Translations under genes and position numbers: made by a program
Part shown: one piece after another, positions 26,090 through 37,815 of the stretch
How positions within the stretch are numbered: the first letter of the stretch is position 1
How the letters are laid out: each line of letters begins with the position of its first letter
Notes under the pieces: generated by a model
What the model was told of the DNA's origin: nothing
The model's input: the letters and a program-made list of their open reading frames with translations, nothing else
Databases searched by the model: none
DNA from: Heptranchias perlo
Lineage: Eukaryota
DNA: 64,000 nucleotides
NCBI RefSeq assembly: GCF_035084215.1
Contig: NC_090326.1
Coordinates: 43,400,001 to 43,464,000, forward strand
Direction: 5' to 3'

Positions 26090-27020
26090 ACATAACAACA
26101 ACAACAACATGCTTTCATGTAGCGCCTTTAATGTTGTAAAACATCCCAAAGCGCTTCACTGGAGTGTTAGCAGACAAAATTTTACACCAAGCCACAAAAG
26201 GAGATATTAAGACAGGGGCTTGGTCAAAGAGGTAGATTTTAAGGAGCATCTTAAAGGAGAAGAGAGAGGTAGAAAGACAGAGAGGTTTATCGAGGGAATT
26301 CCAGAGTTTAGGGCCTAGGCAGTTGAAGGCATGGCCGCCAGTGGTGGAGAGGTTAAAATCAGGGATGCACACAAGGCCAGAATTGGAGGAGTGCAGAGAT
26401 CTCAGAGGGTTGTAGGGCTGGAGGAGGTTACAGAGAAAGGGAGGGGCGAGGCCATGGAAGGTTTGAAAACTAGGATGAGAACTTTAAAACTGAGGCATTG
26501 CCGGACCAGGAGCCAATGTAGGTCAGTGAGCACAGGGGTGATGGGTGAACGGGACTTGGTGCGAGTTAAGATACAGGCAGCAGAGTTTTGGATGAGGTCA
26601 AGTTTATGGAGGGGGCAAGGTGGGAGGACAGCCGGGAGAGCATTGGAATAGGCAAGTCTAGATGCATGGATGAGGGTTTCAGCAACAGATGAGCTGAGGC
26701 AGGGGCAGAGATGGGCAGTGTTACGGAGGTGGAAGTAGATGGTCTTGGTGATGGAGCAGATCAGCGGTTGGAAGCTCATCTCAGGGTTAAATAGGGACCA
26801 AGGTTGCGAACGGTCTGGTTCAGCCTCGGACTGTGGCCAGGGAGAGGGATGGAATTGGTGGCCAGGGAACAAAGTTTGTGACGGGGACCAGACAATGGCT
26901 TCGGTGTACCCAATATTTAGTTGGAGGAAATTTCTGCTCATCCAGTACTGGATGTTGGTCAAGCAGTGTGACAAATCAGAGGCAGTGGAGGTGTCAAGAG
27001 AGGTGGTGATGAGGTACAGC
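26090..27020 (-). mobile_element. L2-type LINE 3' part
   Basis: WMSRNFLQLNIGYTE, IQNSAACILTRTKSRSPITPVLTDLHWL, GPKLWNSL; (tgt)n tail. Confidence 0.88.
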
Positions 27021-27027
27021 TGGGCGA

Positions 27028-27550
27028 ATGAGACGGCATATTTCTACCTCCGCAACATTGCCTATCAAGCCCTCATCTGATCCCCTCTGCCATTCGATCC
27101 TTTATCCTTGCTTTCGTTACCTCAAGACTCAATTTCAAATGCCCTCGTCAGCCATCCCTGTGCTCGTCCCTATACAAACCCCAACATGCCAAAAACACCA
27201 ATATCCGCATCCTTGCTCACCAGCTCCCAACACACCAAATTCAAGATCTTTGTCTTTGTTTACAAATCCCTCAATGGTCTCATCCCAGTCTATCTCTGCA
27301 ACCTTCTTCAGTCCTATGTCCCAACCCATGTCCTACTGTCTTCCAACTCTGGACTCCTGCACACCTCCCTCCCCCCCCTCCCCCCAACATTGCTCATTTG
27401 CTGGCAGAGGTTTCAGCCCTCTTGACCCCACCCTCTGGAATTCCCTCCTTAAATGTCTTTGCCTTGCTGCTTCCCCACCTCCCCCCAGCCCACCTTTAAA
27501 CATCTTCAAAATGTATCTTTCTGACTATGCCTTCAATCAATTCACCTAAA
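27028..27550 (+). mobile_element. Degenerate L2 fragment
   Basis: AYFYLRNIA, KFKIFVFVYKSLNGL, PTLWNSL. Confidence 0.7.
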
Positions 27551-28919
27551 TCCTCTACTGTTTGGTCCATCTCTCTCCTATGTGATGCTGAAGCAAGCCT
27601 TACAAAAGGATAACTAACCCATTTCAGACTTTCTCATTGTATGTACGTTGTATTTTTAATGTTTGGTAACTATTATTTCATATTAATATTTAATTGTAAA
27701 GAAAGAAATTAGTTACTTTAGTGTCTAAACCTGTGGCCGTTGTGCTAATACACATCATTTTGAAGAGTATGGTAGCGTAATGCAAAAGCACGGTAAAGCC
27801 AGCCCGCAGATTAAATCCAAGCAGGGTAAGTGTTAGCCATTTAGATGTGCACCTGTAGAACGTCAAGCGTATAGAAAAGATATAGCTTCTGGGTTATTCG
27901 GGAAAGGTCCTCTTACAGAAACCAATCTTAGACTGTCATGAGAAACTATAAACTCTATAAACTCTGGAAGTTGAGCAGTTATCTAAAAATACAACCTGCC
28001 ACATCTAAAGTAAAATAGACTAGTGCCTATCTCACTACACTTTCTTGACATTTGATAATTAACGTTTCTAACCTTTTTTGCAAATGGAACTCGTAATGAT
28101 TAATTAGACACTCCACTAAATCTGAAGAGTGTTCTTAATGTTGACAATTCATTAAGATGCTTTTTGCAGTGTTGCATGCAGACTTTGAGTCGTTACTTAA
28201 AACTAGGACACCTTTCATTAGTAGCTATTTCAAGATGATTTCTTATATGATTAATGACCTCTATATACAGCCTGTCATTTTACTAGAAGGATTGCACCTT
28301 TTGTCAAACTCCCTCCACCATATGTAATGGTACATTCATGGTTCAGACAGTCTTCAGGTGACTAAGTTGCTACTGAGCTGGAACTACAAGATTTAATAAC
28401 CCTAAGGTCTATCCGGTAACAATTTTATTAACTCCTAGCATACTGCAGATGACTTTACTCATCTAGGCATGCTTTTTCCCAGGGCAGCCCCTTCCTGTCT
28501 GAGATGAAATAAATGTGGGAAAGATTGATAGGTTGCATCTTTTTCTCTGCTTTCTTGTTGCTGCCTCTCCAGTCCATTTCTTTCTCTCTGCTCTTGTTCT
28601 TTGTTTCATTCACTTCTTTCTCATTTCTCATTATACCTTTTGCATTCTTTCTTTGCCCTTCAATCTATACCAACTGGATGTATGCACTTCAACAAAAGAC
28701 CTGCTGAGATTCTCAGAGAAAATATGTAATATTGGATGAATTCTTTGGAAATCACAGAGAATCATAGAAATTACTGCACAGAAGGTGGTAATTTATGCCA
28801 TTAAACTGGAGCTATCTCCTCCAATCCCAGTTCCTTGCTGCTTCCCGATATCTTTTCATTGTCTCCCTTTTCACACTTATCCAGTTCCTTTTTAAATGAT
28901 CTTATTGCTCTGACTCAAT

Positions 28920-29970
28920 ACGAACATACGAAAATGTCGGACAGGAAAAGACCAAATGGTCAACCTAGCCTGTCCCATACAGTCGTGATACCTTATGCAT
29001 CACGATACAGACAGTCCCTACCAACCTGGAGCCATGTAATCTCCTTGGAGAGCCAAAAAAAGATAAAAACCCAGGCCAATTAAAGAGAATCAGGAAAGTT
29101 CCTTCCCAACCCCTTTAGGCGATCAAAACTCGTGTAGGAGATCACATTGGCCCTGATTATTATTACAGGGGTACTTACCTCTTGTACAAGGTGATCTTTG
29201 ACCCAGCCAGAAACAGGTCCAGCTCTTTCTCTCGAAGGAATACAGCGAATCAGCATTCACTGTACAAGCCAACAACCTGTTCCACAGGTCCACTATTCTC
29301 TGGAAAAAGAAGAACCATCTAACATCCAACCTAGTTCTGCACTTACATAACTAGTAATTGTGACCCCTGGTCCTCTGTAACCTATCCAGTTAAAATAATT
29401 GGTCCACGTAAACACAATCTAGTCCCTTCATTATTTTATTAACCTTGATCAAATCGCCCCTGAGTTCACACTTCTCAAGTATACAAACCCAGCCCTTTGA
29501 GCATATCTGGGTAACTAAGGTGTTTTAAACCGGGAATTAATCTTGTGGTCCTCCTTTGAACCCTTTCCAAAGCCTCAGTATCCCCCATCATGTGAGGAGA
29601 CCAAAACTGGACACAGTATTCTAACTGAGGCCTGACCAAGGTCTTGTACAAGGACAAAATAGCATGTTTTGTTTTGTCGTGAATTGTCCTGTGAATACGA
29701 CCTAATACCCTGTTTGCTTTAGATAGCTTCACAGCATTAGTCATAAACCTTTGGAGAGTTATGCCCTGTAACGCCCAGATCTTTATCTTTCACCACTGGC
29801 TTCAATTCTGTTCCCTGTAGGGTGTATGCATAATTAGCAATAGACCTGCCCACGTGCCAAACTCAGGCCCATTCCCTCAACATATTGGGATCTGCTTGCA
29901 GTAGTTTAACATCATCTACAGCCCTAACTCTCACACATAGCTTCATATCATCTGCAAACTTAACTACTTG
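28920..29970 (-). mobile_element. CR1 LINE fragment (distinct subfamily)
   Basis: KANRVLGRIHRTI..LYKTLVRPQLEYCVQFWSP; FFFQRIVDLWNRL. Confidence 0.85.
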
Positions 29971-30039
29971 TGGTAAAGCATTCCATGTTCTAATAACCAC
30001 CCGTGTGAAAATATTTTTTCTAACTTCCTCCTTCATAAG

Positions 30040-30251
30040 TGTAATAAATTGGATAGCCAGGTGGTGAAGGATAGAATACTAGAGCCTGATCTTCAGTTGC
30101 TTCCAAGCCTTTATTCACAGAGATCCACATTACCCACTCCACACCCTGGATAAACTTTCATATGAATGGAAATAAGAGAGTCCCTAATTGATACGCACCA
30201 CCTGAATACAATTAACACTAATTGATATAAATTCTATGGATACAATTAACA
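30040..30251 (-). mobile_element. Putative solo LTR
   Basis: TG...CA ends, 5-bp TSD ATAAG (30035-30039 and 30252-30256), minus-strand AATAAA near 30110. Confidence 0.7.
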
Positions 30252-32230
30252 ATAAGAACATAAGAAATAGGAGCAGGAGTAGGCCATACAGCCCCTCGAG
30301 CCTGCTCCGCCACTCAGTAAGATCATGGCTGATCTTCTACCTCAACTCCACTTTCCCGCCCAATCCCCATATCCGTTGATTCCCCTAGAGTCCAAAAATC
30401 TATCTATCTCAGCCTTGAATATACTCAATGACTGAGCATCCACAGCCCTCTGGAGTAGAGAATTTCAAAGATTCACAACCTCTGAGTGAAGACATTTTTC
30501 CTCATCTCAGCCCTAAATGTCTGACCCCTTATCCTGAGACTATGCCCCCTAGTTCTAGACTGTTCCAGCCAGGGGAAACAGCCTCTCAGCATCTACCCTG
30601 TCAAGTCCTGTAAGAATTTTATATGTTTCAATGGGATCACCTCTCATTCTTCTAAACTCCGGAGAATATAGGCCCATTCTACTCAATCTCTCCTCACAGG
30701 ACAACCCTCTCATCCCAAGAATCAATCTAATGAACCTTTGTTGCACCCCCTCTAAGGCGAGTATATCCTTCCTTAGGTAAGGAGACCAAATCTGTGCACA
30801 ATAGTCCAGTTGTGATCTCACCAGAGCCCTATATAATTGCAGAAAGACCTCCCTACTCTTATACTCCAACCCCCTTGCAATAAAGACCTTCCTAATTGCT
30901 AGCTGTACCTCCATGTTAACTTCCTATGATTTGTGTACAAGGACATCCAAATCCCTCTGACTACCAACATTTCTTAGTCTCTAACCTTTTAAAAACTATT
31001 TTGCTTTTCTATTCTTCCTACCAAAGTGGATAATTTCACATTTCCCCACGTTATACTCCATTGCCCACTCACTTAACCTGTCTATTTCCCTTTGCAGCCT
31101 CTTTACGACCTCTTCACAGCTTACTTTCCCACCTAGTTTTGTATCACCAGCAAACTTGGATACATTACACTCGGTCCCTTCATCTAAGTCATTAATATAT
31201 ATTGTGAACAGATGAGGCCCTAGCACTGATCTTTGCGGCACTCTACTAGTTACAACCTGCCAACCTGAAAATGACCTGTTTATTCCTACTATCTGTTTTC
31301 TGTCCATTAACCAATCCTCAATCCATGCTAATATATTACCTCCAATCCCATAAGCCCTAATCTTCTGTAACAATCTCTTGTGTGGCACCTTATCGAATGC
31401 CTTTTGAAAATCCAAATATACTACATCCACTGATTCCCCTTTATCTACTCTGCTATTTACAGCCTCAAAAAACTCTAATAAATTTGTCAAACACGATTTC
31501 CCTTTCATAAAACCGTGTTGACTCTGCCTAATCATATTATGATGATTTTCTAAATGCCGTTACTACGTCCTTAATAATAGATTCCAGCATTTTCCCTACT
31601 ACTGATGTCAGGCCAACTGGCCTGTAGTTCCCTGTTTTCTCTCTCCCTCCTTTCTTGAATAGCGGGGTTACATTTGCCACCTTCCAATCCACAGGGACCG
31701 TTCTCGAATCTATGGAATTCTGGAAGATCAAAATCAATGCATCCACTATCTCTGCAGACACCTCTTTTAAAACCCTAGGATGCAGGCAATTAGGTCCAAG
31801 GGATTTTGTCAGCTTTTAGTCCCTTTAATTTCTCCAGTACTTTTCCTTTACTAATATTAATTACTTTATGTTCCTCACTCACATTAGATCCTCCTTCATT
31901 CTTCTAGTGATAATCCTCAATCTATGCCCCTTGTTACCATTGTACCAAAGGGAACAATCTTTCACTATTTACCCTCTCAAAGCCGTTTATAATTTTGAAA
32001 ATATCTGTTGGACCCCCCTTTAACCTTCTCTGTTCCAGTGAAAAAGCCCCAAATTTTTTGAACTTTCTTTATAACTGTAACCTCTCAGTTGTGGTATCAT
32101 TGTGAATCTTTGCTGTACTCTTTTCTCAGCTCTAATACCCTTCAATAATAGTCCAACTGTGACCTAGCCAATATCAACATCACTTCCTTGCTTTTATAGT
32201 CAATGCCCCTATATATAAAACACACTATCC
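30252..32230 (-). mobile_element. CR1 LINE (30252-~31890) plus an adjacent older CR1 fragment
   Basis: QHGFMKGKSCLTNLLEFFE, YLDFQKAFDKVPH, SKFAGDTKLGG, NYRPVGLTSVVGK. Confidence 0.9.
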
Positions 32231-33179
32231 CTGATACAAGTTTCAGGTCTACCTTAGATATTCTCTTGGTTACAGTGGAGCCGGTCACTACTGTAAGCAG
32301 TCTGAGCATTTTATATTCAAAAGTGTACCTGTGCAGGTTAATATATAATTATACTATAGCGTAATTCAGGGATATAACAATAGGATTCCCTGGTAATTTG
32401 AACGGGATATCCTGTCTTTCGCACCCACCCTCGTGCACTTCCCCTGATCTTTTCGAAGACAGACTGAGAAACACTTGGTGAGACGAGGCCAGATCCAAAT
32501 TGTTGAGCTGCTTTATTTCACAGACAGCAATTGAATGTGAAGAGTATTTACTTCAACGAACTTATGTTCCGTTTTCGTGAATAAGCAAAATAATAAACTG
32601 CACAACCCCATCCCAGTTAGTCAGCTAAATATGATTTGCTTTTAGCCTGATTTAGCATAGAGTCAGACCAAGGCATACAGGGCCTTGCCGGCTCTCTTCT
32701 TAACGTAATCTGCCTGAAATTTATTGGTTCCTACACAGCAGATCTCACCAGCTGACCTCAACATTTGGGTATTTGTTCTTTTGTTTCCTGTCCCAAACGA
32801 AGTTCCAGCTTGGTACCTGACCCCCTTCCCCATAAAGAGAGTTGGCCAGAAGAGCTGTTAACCAAGCCTGCTACTGCAGCCCCCCACACACCACCCCTCC
32901 CCCTTTGAAACTAGCTTCATCCAAAACTCAGCAGGAAGGGACATTTCATCTCCAAAAATGTGAATGTTTGCTGGGAGCACCTGAGATGTGATAACACCAC
33001 CCCATTGTTGCCAGTTTCCATGGGTAACAGTTTTAATGCCTGGCTTTAATACAGAGTCGCCAAATGGTTGCAGTCTGTGGCCTTTTAAACCTGGGCAAAT
33101 TCACTTTGTTTTAAAACACAACCCTTAAACATAGCTCAATCCTAAAATCCTTTCCATGAAGAAAAATTGTCAAAAATCT

Positions 33180-33610
33180 CAAAATTTGACAATCCTATTT
33201 GCTTTTTATGGCATTTTCTACCTTTACGGATGTATCAGATGTCCAGGTCCCTCTGTTCTCCCAGTCTATTAAGAATCTTACTTCCTTTCAGTGTTCTTTT
33301 TCCCTACTACTTCACATTTTCTGCATTGAATTACATCTATCATCTATCCGTTCACTTTGCTAACTGTCTATGTCCACTTGCAGTCTTCTACTTTCTTCCT
33401 CACGGTTTGCCATGCCAACTCATTTGCTACTTCATCAAACTTTGATATGATTCCTCTTATGCCTATATTCAAATCATTTATATTAATGGAAATCAAAAAA
33501 AGGTCCCAGCATAGATTCCTGGGGCACACATTCTGCCAATCCAGAAAACATCCATTTACCCTTACTCTATGCTTTCAGTCCCTCAACCATCCCTCTACCC
33601 ATGCAGCTAC
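33180..33610 (-). mobile_element. Old CR1 fragment
   Basis: AAWVEGWLRD and degenerate VPQESMLGP / KFDEVA motifs on minus. Confidence 0.6.
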
Positions 33611-34084
33611 ATTCTCATAATTTGTTTGCAGTAACTTACATAATTCCCATGAAACATCCATAGCTTGAACATTCTCATGAAACCTTGCCAATATCTGTTG
33701 GGGATCAAATAACATACAGAAATTTTCATAGATAGAGAATCCCATCAACAATAAATTCAAGTATAAATGGGATATTAGGGAAACTATTTGAAGTCTATGC
33801 ATAATGCTCTTTGAACTGTAAAGCCATAAGGCCTAAATGCAGTGAATCCACATTTCTAGCATGGAGCTGCAAATGCATGAACTATGGGTTGGAGAATCAT
33901 GGCTACAATGTTGAAAACCTTTCTCTGACCCACTTCTTGCTTTGAGCAAGGCTTTCCCACTGGGAGTGCAAGATTGCAGATTTACTCCATAATCTTTGTC
34001 TCCTCTACTTCACATCCCAGATAAGTGATTTTGATTGACTCAGGAGCCTTTGATGTCTATTTTCTTTGTGTGTAAATGTTACAG

Positions 34085-34206
34085 GAGACACAGTTAACAA
34101 CGCTCCAGTCATGTCTATCAGGACGTTCAGCAGGAATGGCTTGTGCCAAGATACAACGTCACCACATAACCCAAAGGAAGACACAAGCACTGTTGATAAA
34201 CCTGCA
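34085..34206 (+). CDS. MYRIP: MYRIP penultimate coding exon (GDTVNNAPVMSIRTFSRNGLCQDTTSPHNPKEDTSTVDKPA)
   Basis: ttacag acceptor, gtaagc donor, phase 1/0 fits both neighbours. IRTFSRN resembles recalled human IKTFNHN. Confidence 0.8.
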
Positions 34207-36253
34207 GTAAGCTTTTTTAGTTCTTCCAATTTATTATCATTTAACAAATCGAACAATAATGGGCTCTGCCTATACTCTTATTGCACAATTCTAGGTGGAC
34301 AGATTTTGTCCTGAAATCAGCCTGGTGTTTTCAATTTCCCAGTATAGCACGAACACACTATTAGTGACTGCTACTATTTGAGGTACATTCTTGGTTTTCT
34401 GCTTTGTTTAGCTAAATAAAATCACTCTCTGACTCCAAGACTGTCAGTGAACTTTCATAACTGAGACAATGAACAGGGTGACAGAACTCTTGAGTTTCTG
34501 AAAACGTTTATCCAAATGTTCCTATGTGCAGCTTTAAATCTTTTCTGTGCACTGTCAAAACTTAAATGCAGCCAAAGAAGGTGCCAAAACATTGCAAATG
34601 TGGTACTGAGTAGCTACGTAGTAAAACTGCCTGTTAAGTGCTCCATTAGTAGTCGATCATTCAGTGCTAGTTTACATTACACAGTACCACATTAATACAC
34701 TAAGTCAGTTGAGTACAAAGATGTAAGCTCCAACAGTGTGAAACTCTCCTGGTGGCATGGGGTCTCACCAGAGGACGATTCCATAATTGAGTTAATTCAT
34801 TTAATTCATTTAAATAGCCCCTAGCGCAATTTACCATTTGTTTAGGATGGAAATCCACTGTGTTCTCTGCTCACCCACCCAACCTGGGCAAATAGGAAAG
34901 CTCCATGTATGTTTTGCCATCCATTGCTTTTTGACACTCACTTCTTTTGCCCCACAAAGCCTCTGGCAAGCAGCCAAAAGTTATTGACCCCAAAGGTGGT
35001 CGCTTAACGTTTAAATGCCAGTTGCAGCTCTTTAAGAGATGCTAAAACATTGGATATTCCACTCTCTCTCCCCAACAACAGCAGGCTCCCAGCAGGAGGC
35101 CCAGTGCAGGCTGGAGCTCGCCATACATGTGAAATGAGGACAAACCCCAGAAGATCCAGTGGAGTTGTCCATGTGCTGGTCGTGTGGGTGTAAATCCCAA
35201 TACACGCCAAACGCAATGAAAAATCATGGAAATTAGAGCAATATTGGATAGGATAAAAATAAAAGAGGAGGTGCTTAAAAGATTGGCAGTACTCAAAGTA
35301 GAAAAGTCACCCAGTCCAGATGGGATGCCTCCTAGGTTATTGAGGGAAGTAAGGGTGGAAATTGTGGAGGCTCAGGCCACAATCTTCCAATCTTCCTTAG
35401 ATATGGGGGTAGTGCTGGAGGATTGCAAATCTCACAACCCTGTTCAAAAAAAGGGAGAGGGATAAACCCGGCAATTACAAGCCAGTTAGCCTAATGTCGG
35501 TGGTGGGGAAACTTTTAGTCCAGGACAAAATTAATTGACACTTGGAAAAGTATGGGCTAATAAATGAAAGTCAGCACGGATTTGTTAAAGGAAAATCATG
35601 TTTGACTAATTTGATTGAGTTCTTTGATGAAGTAATGGAGAGGTTTGATGAGGGTAGTGTAGTTGATGTTGTGTATTTGGACTTTCAAAAGGCATTTGAT
35701 AAAGTACCACATAATAGACTTGTTAGCAAAATTAAAGCCCATGGAATTAAAGGGACAGTAGCAGCATGGATACAAATTGGCTAAGGGACAGAAAGCAGAG
35801 AGTAGAAGTGAACGGTTGTTTTTCAGACTGGAAGGAAGTATACAGTGGTGTTCCCCAAGGGTTAATTACCTGGACTTGGGTATAAAGGGCATAATTTCAA
35901 AGTTTGCAGATGACACGAAACTTGGAGAGTATTAACAGTGAAGTGGATAGTAACAGACTTCAGGAGGACATAGATAGACTGGTGAAATGGGCAGCCACAT
36001 GGCAGATGAAATTTAACGCAGAGAAGTGTGAAGTGATGCATTTTGGTAGGAAGAATGAGGAGAGGCAATATAAACATAATGTTGCAATTTTAAAGGGGGT
36101 ACAGGAACAGAGAAACCTGGGGGTGCAAATGCACAAATCTTTGAAGGTGGCAGGACAAGTTGAGAAGGCTGTTAAAAAAGCAGATGGGATCCTGGGTTTT
36201 AGTAAGAGAGGCATAGAGTACAAAAATAAGGAAGTTATGCTAAACTTTTATAA

Positions 36254-36442
36254 TGTGGAGATGCCGGTGATGGACTGGGGTGGACAAATGTAAGGAATCT
36301 TACAACACCAGGTTATAGTCCAACAAATTTATTTTCAAATCACAAGCTTTCGGAGATTATCACCTGACGAAGGGGATAATCTCCGAAAGCTTGTGATTTT
36401 AAAATAAATTTGTTGGACTATAACCTGGTGTTGTAAGATTCC
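36254..36442 (+). mobile_element. Palindromic Penelope-derived mini-element with hammerhead motif
   Basis: 12-bp TSD aaacttttataa (36242-36253 and 36443-36454). 68-bp inverted arms at 36294-36361 and 36375-36442. Confidence 0.8.
36359..36397 (+). ncRNA. Minimal type I hammerhead ribozyme motif
   Basis: AUCAC-CUGACGA-A-GGGGA(UAA)UCUCC-GAAA-G-CUU-GUGAU: stem I 5 bp, stem II 5 bp, palindromic AAGCUU in place of stem III, as described for Penelope pLTR hammerheads. Confidence 0.75.
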
Positions 36443-37797
36443 AAACTTTTATAAAACACTGGTTAGGCCTCAGCTGGAGTATTGTGTTCAATTCTGGGCA
36501 CCACACTTTAGGAAGGATGTCAAGGCCTTGGAGAGGGTGCAGCAGAGATTTACTAGAATGGTGCCAAAGATGTGGGACTTCAGTTATGTGGAGAGACTGG
36601 AGAAGTTGGGGTTATCCTCCTTAGAACGGAGAAGGTTAAGGGGATACTTGATAGAGGTGTTCAAGATCATGAATGGTTTTGATAGAGTAAATAAGGAGAA
36701 ACTGTTTCCAGTGACAGAAGGGTCAGTAACCAGAGGACACAGATTTAAGGTGATCGGCAAAAGAGCCAGAGGCGACGTGAGGAAACAGTTTTTTTACGCA
36801 GCAAGTTGTAATGATCTGGAACGCACTGCCTGAAAGGGTGGTGGAAGCAGGCTCAATAGTAACTTTCAAAAGGGAACTAGATAAATATTAAAGGGAAAAA
36901 ATTTACAGGGTGATGGGGAAAGAGCAGGGAAGTGGGACTAATTGGATAGCTCTTTCAAAGAGCCGGCATAGGCACGATGGGCTGAATGGCCTCCTCCTGT
37001 ATTGTTCCTACTATGATACTATAAACTACTCCATAATGTAGAAACTCCCTTATTATCTAATTGGATGGCTGTTACTTTAAATGTTTTGATTTACCACTTT
37101 GCATCAGCATCTACCTGGGAAAACACAGATTTCTATGCCACTGCCATTAAATGAACTTCATGACTGCCTGCAGGAGATGCAGTTCACAAGTGGTTGAACT
37201 GGATGCCCATTTTTCTTCCCTCTTTGAAAGTGCAGTATTCTTTTTAATAGCCCAACTAAGAATTGCACAACATGGATGAAAAATCTTGCAGAGCATACTA
37301 TTCTCCCAAATTCCCAATATATGATCCTGTTGCATGATGCTCTGTGCCAGGAGCAGTAATTTGTAAAATCTACCCATTAGTACTGAACTAGGGATAGTTT
37401 TCTGATGTAAGCTCATGTGTACTAGGAACTGAGTTGATAATTCCCAAACCCTTTCAGCCAAGACCCAGCCATCTAAGAGAAAATGGGAACTTTCAGCCCA
37501 TCAGTCTGTATGGGATAGTGCTGTAACGCACCTTGTCACCCAGTTGCCTATTGCTAGAGATTTTAGTAGTAATTTAAAAAATAATAATTTCAGGACTGCA
37601 GTAATTATAGAATGTTATATAGAACATCATATTACAGAAACAGAGCGTCTGGCCTATCAAGGCTATCAAAGTATGAAAGTTCAAATGATGTTTTGTACAT
37701 GACAATAAATCGGATAAAACATTGTGATAAAAGAATTGAAGTTTCCCTTTCTATACCTTGACTTGTCAATGAATTCTTTCTCTATCTTCTGCTGCAG

Positions 37798-37815
37798 AAG
37801 CCTGTACCATACTGA
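37798..37815 (+). CDS. MYRIP: MYRIP terminal coding exon (KPVPY*)
   Basis: Strong pyrimidine tract + ctgcag acceptor, phase 0, terminal Tyr then TGA; followed by unique UTR-like sequence. Confidence 0.72.
   Translation, partial: KPVPY

Larger units (their letters stand above)
35225..37020 (+). mobile_element. CR1 LINE (ORF2 3' half), interrupted at 36254-36442
   Basis: KSPSPDGMPPRLLREV, QHGFVKGKSCLTNLIEFFDE, WQMKFNAEKCEVMHFG; 3' tail. Confidence 0.92.

Noticed and set aside
32330-33150. Possible LTR or ERV fragment
   Set aside because: LTR-like composition and a minus-strand AATAAA, but no ends, TSD or coding motif that I could define.
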